Below the pieces are notes generated by a model. It saw only the letters and a list, made by a program, of their open reading frames with translations. It did no database searches and had not been told where the DNA came from. Below are positions 38,198 through 51,576 of a DNA stretch of 64,000 nt, piece by piece. Origin of the DNA: Vicugna vicugna (lineage: Eukaryota); the NCBI GenBank assembly GCA_013265495.1, contig MU058337.1, forward strand, positions 6,368,716 through 6,432,715. Direction: 5' to 3'. Position numbers and translations under genes: made by a program. Every line of letters begins with the position of its first letter. The first letter of the stretch is position 1.

Positions 38198-38668
38198 AGA
38201 ACTTTTCATCTTCCCAAACCATGAGCCCATTAAACAACAATCTCCCATTCCCTCTCCTCCCAGCCCCTGGAAACCACTATTCTACTTTCCATCTCCATGA
38301 ATTTGACAACTCTAGGTACCTCATGTAAGTGAAATCATACAGTATTTGTCCTTTTGTGACTGGCTTATTTCACATAGCATAATGTCTAAAAGATTCATCC
38401 ATGTTGTAGTGTATGCCAGAATTGCCTTCCTTTTTAAGGTTGAGTAATACTCCACTGTATGTATACACTACATTTTGTTTATCTATTCATAAACAAATGG
38501 ATGGACACTTGGGTTATTTCCACCTTTTGACTGTCGTGAGTAATGCTGCTATAAATAAATATCTCTTCAAGACCCTGCTTTCAATTCTTTAGGGTATATC
38601 CCCAGAAGTAGAATTGCTGGTAATTCTATATTTAATTTTCTGAGGAAACACCATACTGCTTTCCATTT
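38198..38668 (-). mobile_element. L1MB-like 3' region
   Basis: aacttttcatcttcccaaac...gtatttgtccttttgtgactggcttatttcac...gaggaaacaccatactgctttcca. Confidence 0.88.
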
Positions 38669-40097
38669 CCACTTAAACATTATTTTAAAATATTTTATGC
38701 TGTATTCAGGTCCAGTTACCACTATAGGGGTGTTTCTGAACCAGAAAAAAAGAATCATCTTTTGTGTGCCTCTGCCCTTTAGAAACTGCCTCCACAAACT
38801 CTGATACATTTTGGTAAATTCCCATTTGTTCATAAACATAAGAAATAATCAGAAAACAAATAAAGCATCATTTTGAAATAATACATCAGTGAATTTCCAT
38901 CTAGGATACCACACAGAAATGATATGACTCTTTAAGTTCTTTTGACCCTAAGAGCTGATAAAGGTTGAAAATAAAAGTTTCTTACAGAAAAGCATGCACA
39001 AATCCTAATTCTTAAAGGATTCCTCTATTTGGGGCTGTATCTTCGATCCTTTGAGGAGGTCGGAGGAGCATAACTATGCTCTGTCACTGCCTACTCTATA
39101 TACTGCAATTATATATACTGGGGAAAACTGAGTTCTATGTTGTGAGGCTCATGGTCTGACCTTATATGACAATTCTGATGCTCATGAGAGTATCTGTGGG
39201 ACTAGAGTGAAGGTAAGAGCCCACTCATTGACCCTTTCCTACCCCACCAAACGAAAGTAAAACTCACCTACAAATTTCAGCCACACTTATGACCATTAAT
39301 AACAAGGTATTTATACCGGCACCTGTAAAAAAACTGAGGCCGATGTATGTTCTCACTTTGCTAAGTTCCCAACTGCCCAGAGAGATTCCACCCTATTTTG
39401 AAGAACTCTGCTTTGGTTACCACGGCAACAGGGCAAGGAGAAGTGGGAAGCTTTCCATGGGCACGAGAGCAAAAGAACAGCTATTTGTCCTCCCACTGGC
39501 AGAACAGGGCCATTCGTGAGATTAGCATGTGGTGCAAATACAAACAAGCATGTAGCCTGCTTCAGAAAAGCCAATAAGATGTTTTCAGGGCAAACTCTCT
39601 CATGAAGCAATTACATCACACCTTAATCAAGTGCTCCATTTTGTACTGAAAGGAAGAGATAGCCTTTTGTGTCCAAAACAGACACACACAGGACAGCAGT
39701 TTGTGGTCCACTGGGGGTTCATGTCTAAGGAAGGATTCGGGGCATAGGATGGGGAGACCCATGGGCTGTGGGTGGGCCTTTCAGCCCTTGTGGGGTGTCA
39801 TGTATAAGGAGGGATGCTGGTGAGGAACTTCCCTCCTGGTCTATCCTTGCTATGGAAACCCCAGGAAAAGAGGTGAGTGTCGAATAAGGGACAGATTTAG
39901 CAGAAATAGAGAAAAAAGCAGAACCCTTATTTTTGCCCAGTTTGGTAAAATTTGTGTCACCCTGTTTCAATGCTTCACTCTTCCTCCTCAGGCCAACAGA
40001 ATTCCAAAGGGCAAAGCAAATGACCCCAGTGATGGAAGTCTTTTTTCACACAGTGTAAGAAAGCAAACAAATACCTATATAAAAAAACTGAAGTCAC

Positions 40098-40390
40098 TCA
40101 CTATGCTAAGTGAAATAAGCCAGACACACAAGGACAAATATTGTGTGATTCCAGTTCTGTGAGATACCTGAAGCAGTCAATTCATAGAGATAGGAAGCAG
40201 AATGCTGAGGGGGAAGGGAAAGGAGTTATTGATTAATGGGCAGAGTTTCAGTTCGGGAAGATGAAAAAGTTTTGGAGACTGATGGTGGTGACAGTTGCAC
40301 AACAATGAGAATGCACTTAAAGACACAGAATGGTACACTTTAAAATGGTAAACTGTGTGTTACATATATTTTACCACAGTAAAAAAAAAT
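40098..40390 (+). mobile_element. L1MB-like 3' end
   Basis: atgctaagtgaaataagccagacacacaaggacaaatattg...gatggtggtgacagttgcacaacaatg...ttttaccacagtaaaaaaa. Confidence 0.85.
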
Positions 40391-40904
40391 TAAACGTAAC
40401 AAATCTGCTTCACTTGTCCTCTCTAAGCCATCAGTTCATAAATACAAATGTACACATCAAATTCGGTTTCAATCATGCATTCAACTAACACTGAGTCCAC
40501 CACAAGATGGTTCCTGCGCCATGGACTGAGCAAATGTGGGCAAAACGCTCTGCGCCTAGCAGACCCTTGCTGGTCACTGAATCCGCTTGCTCAGCCACAG
40601 GACTGTAGTTCTCCGGGTGGGTGTACAGGTGCGGTAAGTCCCAGGAACAAGGCAAACCCCATACAACTGGGTGATCATTGATGGGCCCCAAAGAAGAGGG
40701 CAACTTTTCCATGGAAACAGAGATTCATGTTTATGGGTTTATATCCCAAATGGATCAGTCCTTATACACATATGTGGCAGCGGGGCCACTCACCCCGAGG
40801 CACTTGGGTGCTCGGTAGCGCCTCTTAGGGCAATGCTGTCATTTTTCCAAAAGGCAAATGAAGAAGAGTTCGATGCAAACTGAGCCTGAGTCAGCCCAGT
40901 GGAC

Positions 40905-41070
40905 GATAAGGAGGGTGAAGGAGAGGAAGAGAATGAGGAAAAGGAGAGGAGGGAGGAGAAAGGATGGGCCCGGAGGGAAGTAGGGGCAAAAGAAGTGGGA
41001 GGGAAGAAGGGCGGAGATGAGGGCCCAGAGGGAGAGTGGGGGATGGGAGGAGCAAAGAGGAGAGGAGCGG
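40905..41070. repeat. GA-rich low-complexity tract
   Basis: Purine-rich GGAG/GAAG run; source of the spurious E/G/K-rich ORF. Confidence 0.75.
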
Positions 41071-44000
41071 GGCTTTGCTGTGCTGCAAAGCTCCTTGATG
41101 CCTGTTGAAGAGTGGATGACAACAGAGCATGTGCCTGTTAGTGGGCATTCACCATAATCCTACTTTCTTGCTCTACTGTTGGTAAGAAGAGGAGGAGCAG
41201 AGGTTTTATCTGAACAGAAAACTGGAGGGATTTTTCTCCCCTGGAGTGACACTGAGGTCAAGAGGGAAACCTGCACTCCTTCACTGAACACGTTTAATAA
41301 CACAATGCGATTAGCATCTCTTCTGTTTCTGGGCTGCTTCAACCCGGGGCTCCTGGAAACACAAAGAAGTCCAAGGATGTTGTTCATTAATAGTTAACTG
41401 TTGATGTCGCTGAGAACTTGGTCCAGGAATGGTGCTCAGGACCCTCTACCCGTAGCGATCTGATAGATGGATTTCCCAGTGAGAGAGGGAGCACCCACCA
41501 AGCACAGACGTGGGCACTTTTGGTTAATTGCAGTTCAAACCTAAAGGACATGCCAGCCAACTTTCCTTTGCCTCTGCAGAGACGATTTGGGGTTCTGGAT
41601 CGTGAAACTCAGTGTATGGAATAAAGAGTGTACCTGTTCCACTCCTGGCCAAAGCCAAACATCCAGAGCAGAGCCTTCTATTTAGACTGTTCCTTGTTGG
41701 CATTCCTGCCTAAGAAGATCTGATTCTAAAACGAGTTGCAGAAACGACAATACTTAGTAGTTAATGTATTAAAACAGTCTGTGGAGAGTATAGGAAATAT
41801 TATTACCATAGGACCACCAGAAAATTTCACAAAAAACATCATTCACAAAACTTCTCCATTTAGAGATTCCATTAGTGCTGGCTTACCCTATCTCAAAAAA
41901 TAATAAATTTAAAGCTAAGATGATTATTTTCTGGCTTGGGAGTGACTTTAAAGGTTCTTTTTAAAAGTAATTGAGCAAATGTAAAATAGAAAGATCAATT
42001 TCTCCTTAACTTTTTTTTAAAGGTCACGAAAGAAGACTGTCAACCTGACAGAAGTAATCATGGATTCTTTTACAGAGTCCTTCAAAAGCTCAAAGGCTGC
42101 TAAATGTGTCAAATTATGCATCTCCCCCATGACCGAGTTCTTTGATATGAAAGTAATCATGGGAGAATTTTTTTTCTCCATAAAATGGATCTGCAATTTT
42201 GAGAAAATAGTTCTCTCCACATCCTAATTTTTTTTTTTTTTTGGTAGCTGTCATGAAAATTATCTGGGTTAATGGAATCTCTGTTTTCTTCCTAGATTCT
42301 CTCAAAAATTCCTTTCAAGTGCCAATCTCAATTAAATGAGGCCAAAATGTTACATAGCTTTGAATTTTGATATTTTGTTAGCTATAGTCCTTTGATTATC
42401 CTGATTTGTAGATTTGGGGGAAAATTTAATATTGCTCTCTCTTGAGTAAATAATTTTTAGGAAAAACACAGTCTGAGTCTAATTGCCAGACCCACACCAC
42501 ACACACGAAAGCTGTGAATACAAGCTGTGATCACAAATCACGTGTGTGTGGCTTTGATTGTGTGGGACCCACAATAAGACTAAGATTGTTTTTTTCCTTC
42601 TTAATTATTCAGAGCTAAGTGTGATGAAAATTAAAACTAAACATATGGATGTGATTATGAAGGCTTTTTCTAACATAGTTTTTTTTTTAAAGTATGTTTA
42701 AATGTGCTACAGGCATTAGCTCCTTTAAATATTTAACGCAAGACTTCCTAGAACTTCATCTAATTTTAGGGGAGCTGAAGATTTTTTTCTTAATTCAGTG
42801 CCACACTTAGCAATGCACCAGTTCAAAGTGCAAAACTGCTTCTTTTCCTTTTATTTTTAGTTCCCTCTAAATCCTCTCTTTTTGAATATGTATTGTTACT
42901 TAGTTTCCTGTGGAATGAATTGGTCAAACTCAGACAGTAACACTTTTATTGTACATACAAAGGAAATTAAATTAAAAACTAAGAGGTGAATCCTTTCTAC
43001 AAGCTGTATGTCCATAATAATCTATGCTATAGCTTATCTGTGACTTGATTCAAGGTTTTCTTTGATCATGGAAAGAGTGATGGAATAGGTTATCCAGAGA
43101 CCAAGATACCCAATCTTTTGTATTTGTCTTTCGAATGCATTAACTAATTTTAAAAGCTTATCTAATATTATATTCTACCTAGAGTAACACTAATATTTGT
43201 CTTCCTTTGGAATGTACAAATGATATACTAAGAGTAGGTGGCTCAGAAATCTCTTGTGTGACAAGGACAGACCACTCGAGATCAAAAATTTGTTACAGGT
43301 TATCATGGCATCATATGGACAGTCTCCAAAAGGTTCTTCCTCTGACTCTGGTTTCAGAAATGCAAGCAGGGGACAGAGGAACTCCAAGCTGCAAGTTAGG
43401 AGGCTGGAAACAACCACTCTTAAATAGACTGACGTTGGAGTTCAGCTTCTGCCTGCATGGCACACTTCCCAAGTGCTCTCTGGCACCCTGGTTTCATTAT
43501 TCCATCTCACGTCTCCTTTCTTTCCATTCCCATTTATGCCTCCCAAATCTCTCGCTGACTCCACATTTAGCTGAGCTCACATTTCTCTGCTAATCCCAAA
43601 CTCCTTGATGCATCTCCAGGGGGAATTCAATTGCCATCCATCTCTCTAAATCAGTCCTTACCCCGATGGTCACTTCTGTCCCTCCTAGTTCTGCTCACTT
43701 AGCTAGGGTTAGGCTGGAGGATGCGGCAGTATGCTGACTGTCCATATGGGGCAAACCAGCTAGTTTATGTTTGACTGGGTTACCCTTGCCAGGTCTCTGT
43801 GACTTTAGTACAAGTTTCAAATACAAAATTTATTTTGGTTCAAAAACTAAATAAGAGAGCAAACTTTGTAGTAGTTCTCCATTGCATCCAGCATTTTAAG
43901 AAAACAAAGCAAAGAAGCAAAACCTAAAAACTCAGTTTATCCCATTCCCAGCAAGACCAGCACACTGCAATAACAATGCAAAGGCAGGGAAAACCATAGG

Positions 44001-47000
44001 ATATTAAATTACAAAATACCAACATTTACATAGTAATTCCCACTAATTAAGAAAGAAAGATATAAGTTGTTTGTTATAAACACCACCAGGTCTTGAGCAA
44101 ACACCAAGAGCTCACCACAGAGCCAAACCAAGCATTTGTCTAATCAGAACCACTTTCCAAAGCGTTTTATTGGTACAGCTGCAGAGCGCACATTTTATCA
44201 CACATGCTAATAATCCCAGTTATGGCGCCTACATTTTAATCATTTATTCTGGGTTTGTTTCTCAAACAATTAGCACTAATGAATGGTCAGAATACCTCGG
44301 ATCATATATGTCTAATTGCAGTCAAGAGCGGTTCTCGTCTGCATGTACATTTCAATTTACCTCTGGGGATAATGTTTGTTAATTGTATTTCTTTATACGC
44401 AAGCGAAGAAAAAGGCAGCTCAGGCAAAAAGGGACTAAGTGTTCTCCTCTTTCCCTTTGTTCCCACAAGAAGCTAAAGTCACTTCAAGAGGCACTTAATC
44501 CCATCATCCGCGGTTACAATTGCCTTGCAGCATCAATCAAAAAGAACCTGAAGTAAAATGATGCAGCTATATTGTGTAATTAAAAGCAATTCAGGTAGTT
44601 ACTGCTTAGGGCCCTTTACGGGTCCAAATACCTCAAATGGCCCTGCAGGGATCCTAAACACTGTACTGTCTTAAATTTGGTCAGCAACAATACATGGAGG
44701 AAAGAGAGGAATATGCCAAAAAAAAAAAAAAAGCCACCCAAAGACAAAAAGCCCACCACCCTTTCCTAGCGCAAACTGTAAAGCAAAAGATGAGGGAGAG
44801 CAAAAGTCTGAAGGGGAAAAAACAATTCTCAACCACAAAGTGAAATAAACAGGAAAAAAGGAAGAAGACAAAACAAAACAACCGACGTTTTCCAAATTCA
44901 ACAGTCCCTGTTCCAATCCAACTTTTGCAGTTAAGGAAAAAAAAAAAGTCATAATGTTGGCTGGGTCTCTTCAACCCGAAATGAAATAGCCTTATACGAT
45001 CGACATTATAACTGATAGAGGCTGTCTGAAATTTCAAACTCATTAAGAAAATACAAAGCAAATTTATGGTATGTCTAATTCCACAGTTACTTATAAAAGC
45101 AAGATGTGAGAAGTACTTTTTAAAAGTTTGGCACAGATATTTCAAGCAATTTACTTAAGCCATTAAAAAAAATTAAGTGCTGAGGCTTTTAAGGCTTCAT
45201 GCATGGCTTTTTAAGCCAACAGGAGTTTAACAGTGTTTTCTGCTGTGTGCTTTTTAACAAAGAGCCATCACGGACAGAAGATTGGAAAACGCGTAATTCT
45301 CTGGTTTTGATTCTTGGCTAAAATATTTTTAAGTAAAAACACAACTCCTTAACAGATGTAAGACTAGATGTTAAAATAACAATGTGTGTTTAGGTTTTAT
45401 CATCATTTCTCCCTTTATAATAAAAACGGGAAAGAAGGCTTCCTGTTGATTTATGAAAGAATTTCAGGAAAAAATGTTTAAGCGTGTGCCTGAATGAGCT
45501 AGTGGCTATTAAGGAACTTTTCATGAAAGACATCAGGTTACTTCCAGGATAATGTGCATTCTGGAAGCAGATGAGTAGAAATACTCCACTCCACATCACT
45601 AGGACACAGTATTTCACAGCAGCATCGATACATACTTTGCAAAGTACAACTTAGAGGCAAATGCAATTGTGGCCTAAACACTAGTATGTGTGAGAGTGTG
45701 AGCGTCATAGGACTTAACATTCAAATCACAGAATGATTGTCAAGTGAGAGATCCAACAACAGTTCATTTAAACACAGAATTGACCCCATTTTCCACAGAA
45801 ATATTCTACCAATTTGAGTGCAAAAGCCTACAGTTGAAAAATGCAAAAGCACTCCCTCCAAGTTTAACCTTATTTGAACTCCTGACGCAAAAGGGCAGAA
45901 TGGAACCAATCCTGCTTCCTTCTTTAGTAGAACCAACTTTTAAAAAAAGATGCCATTTAAAAAAATCTGCCGCCCATGCTTCTTCAACTATACTGACCAT
46001 CGTGTTAGAGATACTGTATATGCTCAAGTGGTTTTGTGTCATGAGTTAAGTATTTCCTGTAAATTTAAACCTATTTATTATTATTCAGTGCTCAGTCTTC
46101 AAGCATCTGTTCAAAATCATTACCCTCAACGGGTGGGGGCAGAGAGTCTGACATCCCACCCGTATTCTTATCACCCTTATCCTCTAGCTGCCCTGGTGAG
46201 GCCACACGCTCCATGGGAAAGCAAGTGAGTGACAGAAGTGCCCTGCGGTTTACCTGAGCTTGGTTTCCCGTCTCCCCACCACCGCTGCTGCCAGACTCCC
46301 AGGTAATTTACTTCACCATCAGGCACCAGGGCTGCCTGGCCACAACCGTGCTGCCCCGCCTGAAGGCCAGGTGTCAGGCTAAAGAAAAAAAAAACACCTT
46401 TATTTCTGATCCACCAAAGTATCTGTTTCATGTCCTATATTTTTTTACTTTTTTAGTGGTTTTTTTTTTTCACTAGCCTTTGGATTAAGATAGGCAAGTA
46501 CTTAATCTTAGGGAAAAGAAGTGTAAACTTTTAACAAGGGACATTTTAGGAACACCCAAAGCTACATTAAGGAAGAGGGAGAAAAAACAAATCATCAGTA
46601 ATGAATTTAGACAAAAGTCTGTACTGTGATCTGTCCCCTGTAACAACTCCCACTGACAGGTGCTTATCAATATCATATTTCTTCCCTCTTGAACCCCAGG
46701 TCTCCTCACTGCTCCCTGATGCTCCCCTGGAATTCCTCAGGGATGGTGCCCACCACAGGCTGCCGGGAGCAGCCCTACAACTGGGCCCTTCGATTCCTGC
46801 CATTGATCCAGCTGTGTGCATGCTGGCTAAATGCTGCCAGGTCAAGCTGGAGAGCAGGACTTGAAAATTCAGCGCTAATTACTGTGATTACAATCTGTGT
46901 CTCAAGTAGTCAGAGCCTCTGGGAAGTTGTCTACAGGCAACCTGTCTCTGAATCAAAAATCTCAGTCTGAGAGGTGTAGCATCTATAACTCAGGACTTTC

Positions 47001-49489
47001 CAGCTCGTTAAGTTACAATATGGGCATCAAGTTGCTCTTGATACCTTCTCTGGGAGCATATGAACTAAGGCAAGTCCAGAATATAGAACCTACAAGACAG
47101 ACGCCAAGGGGGAAGGATCAAACAGAGCCCACGTGGCCACAAAAACTGCCAATACCAGCCCTGCAACATGGTGTTCAGATGGGGATTTTCTTGAGATGAC
47201 TTGAAACCCTCTGAACTCAATCAGGGAGTGATTGGGGCTTAAGGGAACATGTTCACAGGCATCCTAGGCTTGCAAAAAAAAAAAAAGGGCAGGGGCCAAC
47301 TTCTCATGAGAACCTGGAGCCTCTCGGGATTCATGCCAGTTGTGTATTTACCACTGAGCTCCCAAAGGCAAACGTAGTAGTCAGAGAAAGTGACTTCATG
47401 AATATATTTATATGACATTAAAGAATCCAAACAAAAATTAATACAAAAGAATGCTAAGATATCAGTTCCTTTTCCTGGGCTCACCAGCATTTCTTTACAT
47501 AAACTTTAATCATCTGGAAACAGGCTGAAGAGCAAGGCATTTAGTTTTGCTCTGGAGTACATGGCTCATTTTCCTTTCTTCACAGACTACGTGCAGATAC
47601 ACTTGTCTCCAACCAAGTTTATATAAATAGAGTTCTTCCCGGGGCATGAAAATTAGAACAGAATTAATTGCTCTGAATCATCATGCAGAATTCTAAAGGG
47701 ATTTCTATTCTCACAGTGACATCACAATGCTAGGTTTCCAGACACTGCCAAAGAATTGAGTGTGATTTCCCATCTAACCCATCACAGGGGCCCTTCTGCA
47801 GCTGGTGGGCACCACACAGGCTTTCTTATATGCCCAGAGCAGGGATTCTGGAGGAGGAGAGGCCCTTCCGGGGACACACCAGCTGGGGGGAGGGCGCAGC
47901 CCCAGATAGGAGGCAAAACCTGATCTGTCATTTTGAGCCTGGCCTGATTTGGCCAACACATGTTGAACAACACAGAGCCTTTATGAAAATATGACTTCAA
48001 ATATTTTTCTTTCCTCCCCTCATTTCCTTTTTTCAAGTATGCAGTTCACACAGTGCACCTGTAAGTGTGTTTATTTGAAAATGAAACCACTTTTCAAAGG
48101 CTCAGTTGTATTATATCAAGAGCCCTGAAAAATAGAAGGTATAAAAATTTCAGTATGCAACCATTCTACAGAACACCATTATTTGATGACTTATTTAAAT
48201 TATCTGCTGATTACCCAATCTAAATAAAATTTTAAAAATAGAAATGACTATGTTTTAATATTTTGGCAACTTTTCTCTTTTTAAGAATTAAATGAAGTCA
48301 CAGTGGTAGCTTAGCAAAACAAACCACTCCTGCATTTAAAAAATTTACTGAGCTCTGTGTCAGGTGCTCCTGCCAAAGTGAACAATCTCGTAAGTCAGAA
48401 CTTTTGGAAACCGTAAGTTTTTATTATTTTGTTTTTGTTTTTCCTATGTATGATGATAGAGATAGCAAATCCCCTTAGCCTGTTTCTGAATCTGGCTCTG
48501 TGGGTGTGAATCTCTGGGTCTGTTGAGTTGGCAATAAGAACTTGGCCCTTTGGCTTGTGGGCACTGATACAAGCTGATCAGCATTCAGCAAGGCCTGGCA
48601 TGGGGCCACACTCACGTGTGTTGACCAACTTGCTTACCAACTGCCTTCCTGGTTAAATTGTAGGAACCATCCAAGTCATCATCACTGAGTTTCTCAATGG
48701 CCGAGAAACCCTTACATTTGTTCCTTTTCTCAGACAAATTCTTCTAATGACTGTCTGCCCTAAACCATACTAAAGCCATAAAGTATCCCCTGCAGGCTGA
48801 AAAACAGCTTATTCTACAAGACCAATAAACAGAAAATGCACCAAAAATAGGCTGTGATCAATACAAATACGTACAATGAAGATTGCTCCAGAAATAATTT
48901 CAATCAATTTTTATATAATTGATTTGTTCTTTCAAGGAGCCCTTAATTTACTCAGTCCTTGATTGAGTTGTTACATGAATCATGAAGGATTAACTATGAA
49001 GATAAAGGCAGATATTTCAATCAGGGAATACCCGCAATGGTTTAATTAAAGAATTTTTGCATCTCACTGACGGAACATCGCTGCTTAAGTATGGCATGGC
49101 ATTTATTTAAAATGTCCCAGAGGCAATTAAGCCCTTGATTAACAATAAAATTTTCTTCCTTAACTTCATTCTTAATTACCATGAAGCTCATTTCTCATTG
49201 CCTGGAACTTCCAGCACGTGGTACTCAATGGATTTAACTTGCATGTGATTCCACATAAGCCACCAAAAAAGGCTAAAAGGAACTGAGGTACACAGGAACT
49301 AGCACTTTCTAAAAGCTGGACGTCCTCCTTGTTTTGCAATTTGCCTCACTCGTCTCTTTCAGCTAGCAGCCTAGCCATATCCGTGAATGTGCGATGACTC
49401 CACAATGAGTTTAGAGAAGAACAAGGGCGTGTGGTGACCAGGACACAATTCCTAACTCTGTGAGTTCAGTTTTTGTTGAACTCAGAGCA

Positions 49490-49662
49490 GACCTGGATCT
49501 GGTGACCCCTTAAAGTGTGTTACTTAACTTCTCAATCTCAGATTCATATTATGAATCGGATATAATAGGACTGTTGTGAGAAGTCTAATGAAACGATGCA
49601 CATAACACACCTGATAAAATGCCTCACATACAGAAAGTCCGATCAATAACATCTACTACCAT
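49490..49662 (+). mobile_element. MIR SINE
   Basis: ttacttaacttctcaatctcagattc...ggactgttgtgagaag...aatgcctcacatacagaaag. Confidence 0.55.
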
Positions 49663-50079
49663 TAAGGATAAGACATCCAACTTCGTCTTCCCTGACCTCC
49701 GTGACCTAGACACGTGGGTCTGGAACAGTGTCGCCTAGGGCATGCTGTTCACACACCCACAAAGACGGATGGTGGCAGGCACTCTGTCACACCTGGGAAA
49801 CAAACCTACCAAGGGGACTGGGAGCCCACTTCCATGCTAAAGGTTGGCACCACAGAAAATAAAGACATTGGATTTATGTTTCCTCTCTAATACCCTCCAA
49901 GTCTTCAGAACTTAATGCCTGGATAAGCTATGTATACATTCTGACTCATCTGTGAATTTGTCATCAGCTCTACAATAACGTTTCATGATTATCTATGCAC
50001 ACTACATCTGAGAAGAGACAAAAATCAAAAGGATTTTGCCATTCATTTTATTTTAATGTTAGATAAATTTTTATTCACT

Positions 50080-50345
50080 GTTTCATTGATTCAACAAATA
50101 GATACTGGACACCTAAGCCAGGCCAGGATATCCAAATGGGCAGGAGAGCATCGGCCTGCAGGAAGCTGAGGTCTAGCTAGGGAGCCCAGGGTCTCTAAGG
50201 TAAGAGGGCAAATTCTAACACTGGTTGGAAAACAGTGGGAGGAGAGGTTCTGAGAAGGCTTCTCAAAGGTGGTGACAAGAGATGGGGCCCTGGAGGTGGG
50301 AGGACAAACTCCAGAGGCAAAAAGTCCATTGAGGACAGCATAATG
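50080..50345 (-). mobile_element. L2 3' fragment
   Basis: ttcattgattcaacaaatagatactggacacct...gaagctgaggtctag...aaactccagaggcaaaaag. Confidence 0.55.
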
Positions 50346-51228
50346 AGAAAGACTGAGTTCATCTCCTTACCAGTGATTTTCTTTCTTTGCAAATGCCATG
50401 CCCACCTCTATTCTTATCTCTTGCCTTCTTCCATGTAGGGGACCTCCAGGTATAAACACCAACTATTGGAAATACCAAGACAGTGTCCTTTTTCCTCCAA
50501 TTCTGTACTCCATCACAGATGGTGATCAAAACAGTGACACTCAACATCCTAAAATATTCTGACCTAAAAAACTCCCTTTTTCACTCTCCAGTAAGATTTA
50601 TTTGTACTTTAAAAATCATCTTAGAAATGTATAAGGACTTAAATAATAATTCTTCTTAAACAGATAGAGTGTTCCTTTAAAATCAGAATCGTGTTGAAAG
50701 GATATACAATCAGATTATATTTTGCATTATCTGATGCTTACAAGAGCATTACTTGGGGACCTCCAGTGCACAAGGGGTAGTGCACTTGTCTATACACAGA
50801 TACAAAGTGTTAAAATGAAAACTACCAGGACTCATACATACTAAGGCAAACAAATTCAAGTCCTCAATGGTAGACTTTGTTGTTGTTGTTTTTTTAAACA
50901 TCTATTGAGTCCTTTGTATTATCTCACTAAATCCTTTCAAAACTCCTATGAAATAGGTACTATTATTGCCACCTATTTTATATAGGGAAACACAGGTTTA
51001 TTTTATTCTGTAATCATAAATTTTCACACAGGAAGCAGCTGATAGTATTATGCCATATTTCACAATTGATAACAGTTTTTACAGGACATTACACAAGCAG
51101 AAGAATATTAACTCATATCCACATTGGCTTCACTCTAAAAAAAAAAAAGAAACAGTGATTCAGGCAAAGAATGACAGTGAAAATGCCTTTTTTTCTCTTC
51201 AAAATTTTTTCTACATGACAGTTTACAA

Positions 51229-51576
51229 CAGGGCTCAGTAAACTTTATCTACAGGGGCCAGACAGTAAATATTGCAGACTTGTGAGCTGAGAGACAAACT
51301 CAAGGATATTATATAGGAACTTGTATAATAAGAGGGAATGGAAATTTCCACACATTTTGTAGTAACAAAACTCAAAATTAAATTGAGTACACTTTTTTGG
51401 TAATACAGTTCTACTCATGAGAAGAATGACACTCCTTTTGGAGGGGATAGCATTTTGCTTAATTAGAGTTCAAAGGTAATGTTCCCCATCCTCAAATCAT
51501 TCCTCTGGAAAAAACATTCTTAGTTTGAGAGCTATACAAAAATAGGCGGCAGGCAGGATTCGGTCCATGGACCCTG
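51229..51576. mobile_element. MER58-family hAT-Charlie DNA transposon
   Basis: CAGGG...CCCTG termini, gggccagacagtaaatatt and caaaaataggcggcaggcaggattcggtcc. 8-bp TSD gtttacaa (51221-51228) / gtttagaa (51577-51584). Confidence 0.85.

Noticed and set aside
40790..41148. E/G/K-rich and S/P/F-rich ORFs
   Set aside because: Translation of a GA-rich low-complexity tract.
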